A stretch of 64,000 bases of DNA from Geosiphon pyriformis uo1 (lineage: Eukaryota > Fungi > Glomeromycota), in assembly GCA_016748015.1 (NCBI GenBank), contig JAAOMT010000512.1, forward strand, positions 1,991,024-2,055,023, given 5' to 3'. Position numbers and translations under genes: made by a program. The notes under the pieces were generated by a model. That model was given only the letters and a program-made list of their open reading frames with translations. It made no database searches and was not told the origin of the DNA. Every line of letters starts with the position of its first letter. Position 1 is the first letter of the stretch. Of this stretch, positions 24,533 to 35,861 are shown one piece after another.

Positions 24533-27314
24533 ACAGTTAAGTGGCTTTGGATGTGTACAAATCAAAATTGAGTTTAATGTATTTGGATTTTTAGAATCAG
24601 TATTGGATTAAATATTGACATATTATAAACATTATTTATGGCAAAAATTTAAATGTTAGCCGGCATAAAATAAGGAATTACTTGGATGTTTTGAATAACA
24701 AATGTGCTAATATACTTGTTGATATTACATCTCTCTTTAATTAGTGTTTTTTTCCCCTTTTCTTGACTAAAAAAATCTTATGTTAAGACTAGAAATAGTA
24801 TTGTTTTTAGTAATTTTAAATATTTTATTTTTTGAGATTTTTTGGTCTGTTTATTATGTACATTAGGAAGTCAGTTTTAATTCTAAGATTCTGGCTAATT
24901 GTTTGCTTTTAGACATTAATTGGCTTAGTTTGTCTTTGATGTAACATTACAATTTATACATAACTGTTAGTTTCACTAGTAGGCTTATTGCTAGTGTTTG
25001 CATTTATTTTATAAAAGCTTTGTATCATCAGTTATCTATTACTATTTGAAAGCACCTGTATAACAAGTGCTATTCCAGTATAATATGTTTGTATTGTGAT
25101 AATATTAAGATCTCAAACCATGTTTTTTCTTATGGAATTGACAATTTTGTTTACTATTATTTGTTGAATGTCTATATAGATGCTTGAAGAATACTTTCTG
25201 GTCTTTTTTGTTCCTTTTTATATGTATCTTAGCTAATGTTTTTCTATATCTTTAATGCTATAATGTATATAACTTTTTGCAAGAACTTTGTTTTTAATGA
25301 TTAGTATTAAGAGACTGTTTCTGTTTTCAATAATTTTAAAATTGTGGGTCTAATAATTATAAGCTTTGTACATAATTTTTGTCTTGCTTTTAAGAAAAAG
25401 GTTTGATTAGTTTGTACTAAATATTATGCTTTTATAGAGAAAAATGGACTGATTTCACATAATAATTCAGCTTTTGTTTCTATTTTTGGATTGTTTATGG
25501 TACTTTCTGCTAGTGTAATTAGATTGCTTAGTATTATTGAGACATTTAGTGTTAGTTTTGGCTTGCATAAGTCTTGTTTTTTTTTTTAGTATTGAAAACT
25601 TAATTTTAGTTTATATAGATGTATAGTATTGTCTTAATCAGTCCAAATGGCTAGTCACATATAGAAAAAACATAATTTATACTTAGTTTAGATCATTTAT
25701 ATAATATATTATACTAAATAGTATATAGATTTCATTTGTTAAAATAAAAAAAATATATTTAAAATAAAAACTTTTGCATATTAAAAATTATTTTTATTTA
25801 TATTAATATTATTAAAATTAAATTGTTTTATTAATTTTTTTATTTTTTAATATTAAATTTATAAAAACATCAAAAAATTTTATTTTTACTTAAAATAAAA
25901 TTTGTTTTTTTGATTAATAACTTTTTATTTTTTTTAATATTAAAACTAATGTTTTTAATTTGTATTACTTAGTCTAATTCATGATATTAGATTGTAATTA
26001 AGTTATATATTAAACTTAATAAGAAAAAATATATAAAAAAAATAATGTTTTATAAAAAACAATAAAAAAATAAATATATAAATATATTTGTAATAATCAA
26101 ATATTTATAAACTATTTTAATAAAATAAGAATATTAAATGCTTTAATTTAAAAAATAAATAAATATTTATTAACTTAAATTTAAATAGTTAATTATAAGT
26201 AAAAAATACATAATTTATATTTATAATAATTTTTATATAATTAATATAATTTGTAAAAAACCATATTTTATTAAATTATAATAAAAAATTATTATAAATG
26301 TTTTAATTAAAACATTTAATATTTCATAATTTTAATATATTAAAATAAAAAAAAACATTTATACAAAATATTTAAAAAACTTTAAAGCTATTAAGACTAA
26401 AATAAATAATAAATTGGATTTAAAAAATAAATGCATTGTTGTAAAGTAATTTTAATTGGCTTAAATAATTATTTATGTACTATATTAAATATAAATAAAT
26501 AAATGGCAATTAAATTACATTTAATAAAAGATAAAAAAAAATATTAGTTATATTATTATTTTATAATTAAATTAACTATTTTATCAACAGAAATTAACGA
26601 GCTTGCTTTATTTATATAAATTAAAATCTCAAAAAAGTTGTTCAAGTTTTGAAAACTTAAGTGTTGAATAAATTGTAATATTTCTTCTTTTTTTATGTCT
26701 GCAAAACTTTTAAAATTTCAAAATTAAGCTTTTTTTTATGGCCAATGGCTTTCTTTTAAAGATTAAATCTCCTTTCATTTTTTCCTTTTTATGGAAATCA
26801 ACATTCCAATGTGATTTCCAGCAGTTTCTAAACAGAATGTTTTAATACAATCTTCATATTCTGTGTTTTCATATCCTTGGTGTGTTCTATTAAGAACTAG
26901 AAAATTTGTAGCAACAATTGGATGACCGAAATAGAAACATCAACTTCTTTACATGAGTGTCGAACATTGTTAGTTCTGTCACTTGATCATTTGTCTAAAG
27001 ATAAAGAGACCTTAGTAGAGTGAGAGACCTTTTGCTTCGATAAGTATGTTTTCTTTTTTGTTATTTAAAGCATGTGCTGCTCAATCAAGAGAATTGTAGA
27101 AAAGACTAATAAGAAAAGTTAGAAATGTGTATCTGTATAAAAAATCAAGAAATTTTTTTGTGCACAGATTCTATACAATTGTCTATATTGTGAACACTGA
27201 ACTTTTTATTGGATAACCGTGAGAAATGATTGGTCAGATAAAATCCAGATTGTGATGACATTTAAATAGACATCCCTAATGACATGAAATTTTTTCAAAT
27301 CAGTATTTGCAAAA

Positions 27315-29830
27315 ATGGTCAGAAAAAGTATGTATCTTTGGCGCTTAAAATTATTTTCAGTAAAAACAGGACTTAATTACAAGCAGTATCCGAAAATATG
27401 TTAAAATTATATTACTATCTAAAGAAACTCAAAGTAAGCGTGTGACTTCGGCCAAGAAATTCAGAATAGAAAAAAAAGTTACTGAACATCGACGGAAAGA
27501 ACGCAGAGAGGCCAGAAAAAATCCAAAGTCAAAAAGTTTGTAAACATAAACAGAATCTATCATTGGACCGACTAGATTTATATATTTTACCTTGATTAAT
27601 CATTTTCGATTCTATACTTGATGATCGGGTTAGAATTAAAAAAGGATCCGGGTATACCGAATTTATGGCCTTTTAAAGATAAACTCCTCCATCAAATTGA
27701 GGAACAGAAAAGAAAGGTACAGGGTTATTAATTTTTAAGATTCCAATATTACAAATGCTTTAGAAGATTTAATCCTTTTTATTTAATCAAGGTTGAAGAT
27801 GAGAAACAACGTCAAAAACAAGATAGGCAGTCTCTTCATAACAAAAACCGCAACCTGAATTTTACCGCTCTAGTCAAAGATGCCACAAAACGTAATTCTG
27901 CCTTCACAGCAAATGAACAAGCTGTTAAAGAAGAAGAAGAAGATAACTCTGTTATTGATGAGGCTGTGGTAGTCGGACAAAAAGATAATTCCCGCAAAGC
28001 TTACTACAAGGAATTCAAAAAAGTCATTGAAAATGCTGATGTTATTTTGGAAATTCTTGATGCGCGTGATCCTTTAGGTTGTCGCACTAAACAAATTGAG
28101 AGAATGATCATGGATAGTGGCTTAAATAAAAGAATTATTTTAGTTTTGAACAAAATTGGTATGTTCATACATGGAATTCACTTTTCTTGATATTCTCCTC
28201 TAAGAGACTTTTTTCAATTATAGATCTTGTCCCTCGGGAAAATCTCGCACAATGGCTAACATATTTACGCAACGAATACCCCACCATCGCCTTCAAATCC
28301 TCAACTCAAGCTCAGCGTAAAAATCTGAGTCGTTTATCCGGTTCTTCTACCAATGTACCTGATAATATTCTTCACAGTAGCGAGTGTTTAGGAGCAGACA
28401 CTTTGGTTAAGCTCCTTAAGAACTATTGCCGAAATTCGAACATTAAGACATCAATCACAGTGGGAGTAATTGGATATCCTAACGTAGGAAAATCATCTGT
28501 CATCAATTCCCTCAAACGTTCCAAAGTTTGTGGGGTCGGAGCAACACCCGGCTTGACTAAAACTGCCCAAGAAATTCATTTGGACAAAAATATCAAACTA
28601 TTAGATTCTCCTGGAATTGTATTTAGTCGTGGACAATGGAGTAATTATGCAGAAATTTTGTTGAGAAACTGTGTAAAAATAGAATTATTGGATGATCCAA
28701 TTACTCCTGGTAAGTGAAATATATAATTGTTTGAGATGAAGTGGAAAATATTTTAATTTTTTTGTATTTCAATTAGTGGAGTTAATTGTTTCAAGGTGTA
28801 AACCGGAGCAATTAATGAATAGGTACAATATTCCAATGTATCGTGACACAAACGATTTCCTTGGTCTTCTTGCGCGTCAACGCGGAAAGCTAAGAAAAGG
28901 TGGTATTCCTGATCTTCAATCTGCCGCTAAATCTGTGTTGCAGGACTGGAATTCGGGTAAGATTCCGTTTTACACAACACCTCCAATCAAGCCCAAAGCT
29001 TTGGACGAAACTACCGTGGTCTCTACATGGAGCAAAGAATTTAGTTTAGATGAATTGATCGCAGAAGATAATGCGGCATTGGAAGCGTCTAAGACTAAGA
29101 GCGATTTTGGTCCTTCTGCAATGGTCATGGTAAGACATAAGAGTAACGCAATTATTAGCAATTTTTCCTATATCTTTAACCGAATGAAATCACTGAACAG
29201 ATGGGACAGGAAGTTCCAGAAATTGAAATGGAAGTCTTTGATGAAGAGGAGGAGGATGAAGACTCTAAAATGTGAGTTTTTAAAATGAAATTTGAATCAA
29301 AAATATTTTTGCATCAATTTTTGATTATTTTCTAGTTTCATGGATGAGGATGAAATTGCTCCAGATGCTGTTCCAATCGGCCTTTCCGAGCCAATTGTTT
29401 CGCATATAAAGCCAAAAGTAGTTTTTATTGGGGTCAAAGGAAAAATGCAACAAATATTGACACCAGTAGAAAAGGAATTGAATCCACAACATGGAAAAAA
29501 TCTAAAGAAAGCAGCAAAGGTGGCAAAAAAAAGCAAAATGAAGGATTCCAACAAAATGATGAAAATTGATGAAGATATTGTGAACGATAAAAATGATACA
29601 GAGAATGATGGGTACGATTTCGGAGAATTTTTCGGGAAATTGGAAGCTGTTGAAAAGGGTAAGTGATCTTTTAATTATTAAATTTTGGTATAAAGGGCTG
29701 TGTTATAACTTTTGATTCTAAAGGCCTATACTTTTTTGCGTTAAACCATGAAGGTGCGGACGAGGGTATAAAAGAGGAAGACTATGAGGAGGTGAAACAA
29801 GAGGAGGAGGAGGATGATGATGATCTGTAA
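27315..29830 (+). CDS. NUG1: Nucleostemin/GNL3-family nuclear GTPase (60S biogenesis), multi-exon
   Basis: Spliced N-terminus [23 protein letters not shown]...[13 protein letters not shown]. Circularly permuted GTPase motifs: [23 protein letters not shown]. Acidic last exon 29754-29830. Confidence 0.93.
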
Positions 29831-30506
29831 AAGTAAAGAACTCTGATATAGTGGACATGTATATTATGTTCACGTTCATTCATTTTTTATTCTTTTCATC
29901 TTTATATACCTGAATTAAAAACTGAAAGCAAACAGTATGTTCACATGTCTTTCTTTCAAAAGGCTTAACCGAAATTGGGTTGCAAATTCGAATCATAAAT
30001 AAATTAATAATAATTCAAATAATGAATTATAAATGTTATTAATAAAATAAATTACAATTATTTTTTTTTGGATTATGAACTTTTATAAATTTTTTATCAA
30101 TTTATTTTTTCAATTCAAATATTATTTAAAATTTTAATAATTTTTGATTTTAATTTGATAAAAACATTATTAGACGAAATAATTTGTTAAATGTTATTGG
30201 TTAAAAATATAGTGAAAATACCAAAAAATTTAGTTATTAAAATCATTATTCAAATATTTAATGAAATAATTCATACTTGAAAAGATAATTGCAAAACTTT
30301 AAAACAACGGTTTATTTTTGAATAAATAGTTTTGAATAAATATATTAAAAAACAGGGTTTTTTTCATAAAAACTCTTAACACTAATAACTTGAATTTTAA
30401 TATATTGAACTGTAAATTTAAATTTTAAATAAGGCTCAGATTTTAGCAGCTTAATAATGATGAAAAGCCAAGATGCTATATTGAATGATCTGTCTTAGGA
30501 AATTCA

Positions 30507-33225
30507 TTATCCCCACTAGATATGATGCAAATCATGAGTTTTTAGAAAAATAATAGTTTTTATGAAATGGCGCCAACAATGAAAATAAGCTTACCAAATC
30601 GCGAAGGTATCTTTTCTCTTCAATCCATGTTATTAACAATTTTGACGCATCCCCGCGTTCAATACCACCGTGTTCACACAAAATATCAATCAAGGCATCA
30701 TTTACATCTTTGGCCATACCTTTAGCATCACTTCAAAAAAAAATACCAGTATTTTAAAATAGAACTGTCAAGAGAAAGAAGCATGACATTCAAGACACAA
30801 TTCACTTACCCACAAACAAAGATTAAGGCATCTTTTTTATCAATCAATTCATAAAGTTCATTTCCCCTTGATCTAATAAGATCTTGTACATACTTTGGTT
30901 TACCGTTTTCACCAGCTCCCAATTCTCGACTTATGGCAACCTCGAGCTTCTTGAGAACCCCACGTTCAAGAAATCCTTGCAATTCGTCTTGGTACAAGAA
31001 ATCCTTGTCCTTGTCTCTGCATCCGTAGAATAGCCAGAGATCACCAAATTGTTTATCAACTTCACGACGAGCATGTATTCCAATGGTAGTCATTCTCCGA
31101 CGAATAGCACGGTGTTGTTCATAATGTTGTAGAAATCCAATGAAAGGTGCAATACCAGTACCCGGTCCAATCATAATCAAGGGCCTCTTAGTGTCCTGAG
31201 GAACGGTAAATCCTTGAACATTGGGCTTGAGAAAAATTGGAATTTCTCTGTTAGATGAAACGATTGTTCGCTTATTTCGAGTCGTGATTAATCCAGCCAA
31301 TTCATCCAGCCATGGTGTACATACACCCCATCTTGGAATATTGAAAGGATTTGGTGTATTGTATTGGACAACGTTAAAGGCGATATGAAGGGAATTGGTG
31401 TTTAACATGGGTGAATTAGCAATAGAATAATATCGAGGTTGATGAGGTGGTAAAACATCAAAAAGCCGTTGGATTGGTGGTTTGCATGAAGGGAAAGTAA
31501 CCAAAATATCGAGAAGCGTAGGTTGCTGTTCCCGTAGGCTATTGAATTGCTTAGCACCTAAAGAACCAAAATTGTCAATATATTTCTCTCGGGGATTTCA
31601 TACTATTATGGTTGAAAAAGGAATTCGACTAATCTAAATACCTGCCTTGCTTACTGGACAGAAATAACAATAATTTTTGTTCCTCAACATCTTTTGCATA
31701 TTCTGCTAACAATCGTAGCATCGCCTTACGTGGATATGTAGTAATGTCAAAGCGATATCGCAGTAGCTCAAATATTGATGTTGATTTAACATTTTTTAGA
31801 TGGCTAGGAAGGTCTTATCACAAAGCAACAAACACGTATGAAATAGGGTCAAATGTCTGAAATCACAATCAAAAATTTTCATTTTCAAAATACCAGCCCC
31901 CTCAATAGCCACAATTGAGATTTCTTTATGAGCTTTAATTTCGTCTATCTCAAGTGTTCTTAAGATTTCCCAAACCAATGTTTCATTATATGGTGCCCAA
32001 ATTCCAATAGCATCACCAGGGACAAAATGAAATTCATCTCGATGTTCTTTAATATCTAATTCTATATGGAGGGTTCTTTTATCTGCATTTGGATGTGTCA
32101 GACAGCGGACGGCAGATATTTTTGTTCCGAACATACGAGTAGGAGTGTCAAAAAAGTTTGGCCATAAAGGGGTAATCAACCCTTTTGTAGAGTTCTCATC
32201 TTCGATTTTACAAAGCTCGTTTGGGATTCGAGGCAAGGCTGTTAATTGGGTAGCTTGTTCAAGTTCCGAAATATCAATAACGATTTTCGAACCCTTTACT
32301 TTATAACGATAGTCAAAACTAGAGTTCATGCTACGAGCATCTTCCTCGGTGGAAGCTAATGTCTTTATAGCTTGGTCATTGGTCAAGGCAACCAGATTAC
32401 CATTAAAGGTAAAATTTTCACCGTTTTGGACTTTTGGGATGAGAGCGATTGATCCTAAATTGAAGTCAACAGCAACTGAAGTCATTGGCTCCTTCTGAAT
32501 GCATACTCTAGTCAGAGCAGGCCACAAGTTTTCGATCCAAGGGTCGACAACAGCTTCTAACCTGTTGAAAAGCAAAAGAAAAGTTTTAAAAAGGGATTAA
32601 ATTTTGGAGAAAAAGTGCCAAACTATACCCTGTGGCGTCATCCGCCAATCCCTTTTCATAGAATGAGGAACCCCCTAGTTCTAACAATTTTTTTTCTAAT
32701 CTTCTAGCGGTATTGTTAAAGTTGCTGTAGTTTGTATCGCCCAAACCTTTAAAAATTTGTCAATTAACTTTCATCGACAAAAAATCTAGTCACATTATGA
32801 AAAATAAAGATACCCAAAATGGCAAACCGTGCGTTTCCAAAAAAAGTCTTGGTCTTGATTTTTCGCAAGAATCGAAAAAATTTTGTTGCATTCTCGGGTG
32901 GATCCCCGTCACCAGTATTACTTGTGACACAGATTAATACTTCAATTTTTTCCAAATCAATCTATTAACCGAGAAGAAAAATCAAGTTGAATTTCAAAAG
33001 AAATTGATCCGACAATACATTGAACAAAATGAGCAACTTTTTATTTATTTGAAAAGTCTCTTTAGAAATGCATACTTTATCATATTCGTTCATAACATAA
33101 CACTCTCCCGAGAACCCGCGTTTCACTGCTTCCTGATGAATATTTCTCGCGATCGATTCAGCGTTGCCCGTTTGTGAAGCGTATAGAATTAGGTATTTTT
33201 CAGTTTGATGGGTGGTTAATGGCAT
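30507..33225 (-). CDS. MTRR: Methionine synthase reductase-like diflavin (FMN/FAD/NADPH) oxidoreductase, multi-exon
   Basis: Flavodoxin LYASQTGNAESIA and TSNTGDGDPP; LEAVVDPWIENLWPAL; SKQGA; PRYYSIAN; GPGTGIAPF; LFYGCR; CGDAKGM; C-terminus RYLRDLWG. No N-terminal membrane anchor, unlike cytochrome P450 reductase. Confidence 0.85.
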
Positions 33226-33510
33226 TTTTACTAGCCGATATTTGTGAAAAAGATAATATTTGTGAGGTGGTATGATATAGGTTTTCAGAAGATGTGAAGA
33301 AAGAAAAGGACGAAGCAGGAATATCATAAGATTAAAATTTTTTAATAAATAAAAATTTAGGATCTCAAAAACATAAGAGAATTCTCACGAAATCACGAGG
33401 TTTAATTTTATGATTTATTATGACAAAATCTGCCAAAAAAAAAATTATTTCCTTTCATTTTCTTTTAAAAAAAAAAAATTTATTTCAAACAATCACTAAA
33501 TACATTCTCA

Positions 33511-33648
33511 TTATGATCTTCTATTTTTGTGATTATTATTCGGTAATAATAATGGTGGGGGTGGTAGTGCTACTTGTGTTGAATTTATGATCATTTGAGG
33601 AGTCCCATTATAAGTTTGTGTGGGTATTTGTGGTTGCTGAGAAGTGGA

Positions 33649-33692
<44 letters not shown>

Positions 33693-34328
33693 TAACACAA
33701 TTCCCAGTTCCAGGGTATTGTTGAAATCGTTGAAATGCTTCTTGGGTTTGTATTTGTTTTGCGGTTTGTCCACATTTTGAACAGATTTCCGCTCCCTATT
33801 TATGAAAAATTTTAAAGAGATGATATAAATTAATTTTTAAACAATAAATAATTTATGTAAAAAATAAAATTGATAAAAAAATTTTTTTTTTAAAAATATA
33901 TACCGTTGGCCGACATCCTATACCTTTTAAATTATAAAAATAAATAAATAAATTATATTTATGAACCAAAATAAAAAATTGTAAATTTTAAACATACCAT
34001 CAAACCCATCATTAGAAGGATTTCTTTTAAATAAAATTAGTAATAAAATTAGTGACAAAAATAAATAATCAATTTAAATTCAAAAGAACCAAATTTCAAG
34101 CATATAAATTTACCTAGAACACCATCCACAAAATAACTCTTTGAATAAATAACATGGACAACACAAACATGCAGAAAGGTAGTTTGAACACTTCCATTGT
34201 TTTTCTATTGAAAATTTATCAATATTTAATGATTAAAAATTGATAAATAAAAAATTGTTTTTATAAAAAATTTTACCTAAATCATGTATCCCGCCCGCGG
34301 GACAAATATCTAAATTATCTTCTAACAT
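33511..34328 (-). CDS. 157-aa Cys-rich protein (LITAF/BRI3-like C-x5-H...CxxC layout) with poly-Asn tail; 5 exons
   Basis: Exons 34328-34277, 34204-34114, 34023-33998, 33923-33904 and 33795-33511 have GT-AG introns and join in frame: MLEDNLDICPAGGIHDLEKQWKCSNYLSACLCCPCYLFKELFCGWCSRNPSNDGFDGIGCRPTGAEICSKCGQ... Confidence 0.75.
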
Positions 34329-34844
34329 GATAATTATTTAAATTTTTATTCTATTCTAAATACTCGTTTTTTAAAAGTCCTTTTCTACGATATCAAAAAA
34401 TTTACAGTTTCTAGGCAGGTTTTTATTCTTTTTTTTAAAAAGGAATCTAAATAAAAGACTGTACTGCAAAGCTAAAACCTCAAATTTCCCAATAAAGACT
34501 ACAACCCGTAACTTCTCTCCTAATTGGTATGGGCAATTGTCAAGCAGTAGGGGTTCATGGACAAGATATTCCTTTATGTTTCGAGCAGCATTTATACCAA
34601 AGATTCCCAGTGAGTCTATGATGAAAAAAAATTAGAAACTCCTAAAAAGGTTTTCAATGGAGAACACGCACTTACCAGACATAATGTGGTGTACAAATAA
34701 AAGAATATCTAATCATGCATCAAATTAAACAAAAAATATATTATTTGACCATTTGATTTGACTAAATTAAATTACCAATTTCATTTCAATTTTCCACCAT
34801 AAAATTGCTTCAATTCTTTCACGATTTTTTTTTTTTTTTTTTTT

Positions 34845-34864
34845 NNNNNNNNNNNNNNNNNNNN
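34845..34864. other. Assembly gap (20 N) between poly-T and poly-G runs
   Basis: Run of N characters. Confidence 0.99.
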
Positions 34865-35861
34865 GGGGGGGGGGGGGGGAAAGATGGTTTTTTTTAACAA
34901 TAATCTAAAAATTTAAATAAAATTAAGGTCAGAAAAAGGTTCTTGGCAATGCAACTGGTGTATCTCCTTATATTCTTATTTTCAGTGGGGGGGGTTTTTT
35001 TTTTTGGATTGAGGTAAGCATGGGTATACTAAGAGGAAGGCTATTCTTGTTTGACCAGATCCCTTGAAACTTTTAAGCGAGAAAATATTTTTATTTCCGT
35101 TTCCGCTAAATTGAAGTATCATTTTAAAATATATACTTACTAATTAATTGTTAGGGAAATAATTGGTTTTTAGTTTTTTTAATGTCTTTTATTTCTTCCT
35201 TTGTGTGTGCTTTAAAATTTACATTTTTTTGAACTTTTGAATGTTTTTAAAATAAATCGGGGAGGGAGGGGGGGGGAGGGGTTTTTTTTAATAGTATCTT
35301 TCCTCAAAAAACTGTATTTTAGCAACTTTTGCTTTCAGAAATGTAATACCATTTGATATTATGCTTCTTTATTCGATGAAACTATTTTGAGAGCCAAGTT
35401 TTTCCTAAAATTATGTGTTATTACATGAACTTTTAATTTCTGCTGCTTTTGTGATACAATTCGGGACACGGGGTAGAGGTAATTGTTGCATTTTTGGGAA
35501 GGGGGATTATCGTAGAGAAGAATGGAGATGTCTTAGTGTCGATCTTTCCTTTCTTAAGGTGTCCAATTTTCTTGGTATTTGTCACGATTTTGAACCTGAT
35601 ATACATTACCAAGTTAGTTTTATTGATAAGCATTACTCGGCAAAGATGTTAAGCGGCATTACATGAATTACGATGTTTTTAATGATTTCTATACAAATAT
35701 ATTTTTATATCAAACTCAGGCTATTGCTCTCTTTTTCAAGTAATATTTGCTCTTGCATCTAAGATTAAATTGATCCAAAATTTACTCTAATGTGCTCTGA
35801 GATCGATATTTAAAATTTTGTTTGTAAATGGTACGGGAGGTGAAAAAGTGCAAATTTCATT

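Larger units (their letters stand above)
19009..25752 (+). mobile_element. Decayed LINE, 3' part (RT, RNase H, 3' UTR), interrupted by two LTR insertions
   Basis: Resumes at (D)ALKKNCKL*LVL*DI*KAYN; AFVNN at the FVDD site; RNase H remnant near 23320-23520; stop at 25624 followed by the conserved 3' tail and an A-run. Confidence 0.87.

Noticed and set aside
32748-32813. MTRR intron starting GTATCTTT as a possible U12-type intron
   Set aside because: The donor resembles GTATCCTT, but there is no TCCTTAAC-like branch point near the 3' end; probably U2.
35415-35666. Overlapping 83-aa and 66-aa ORFs downstream of YSH1
   Set aside because: No recognisable motifs or supporting splice structure; probably UTR or intergenic.
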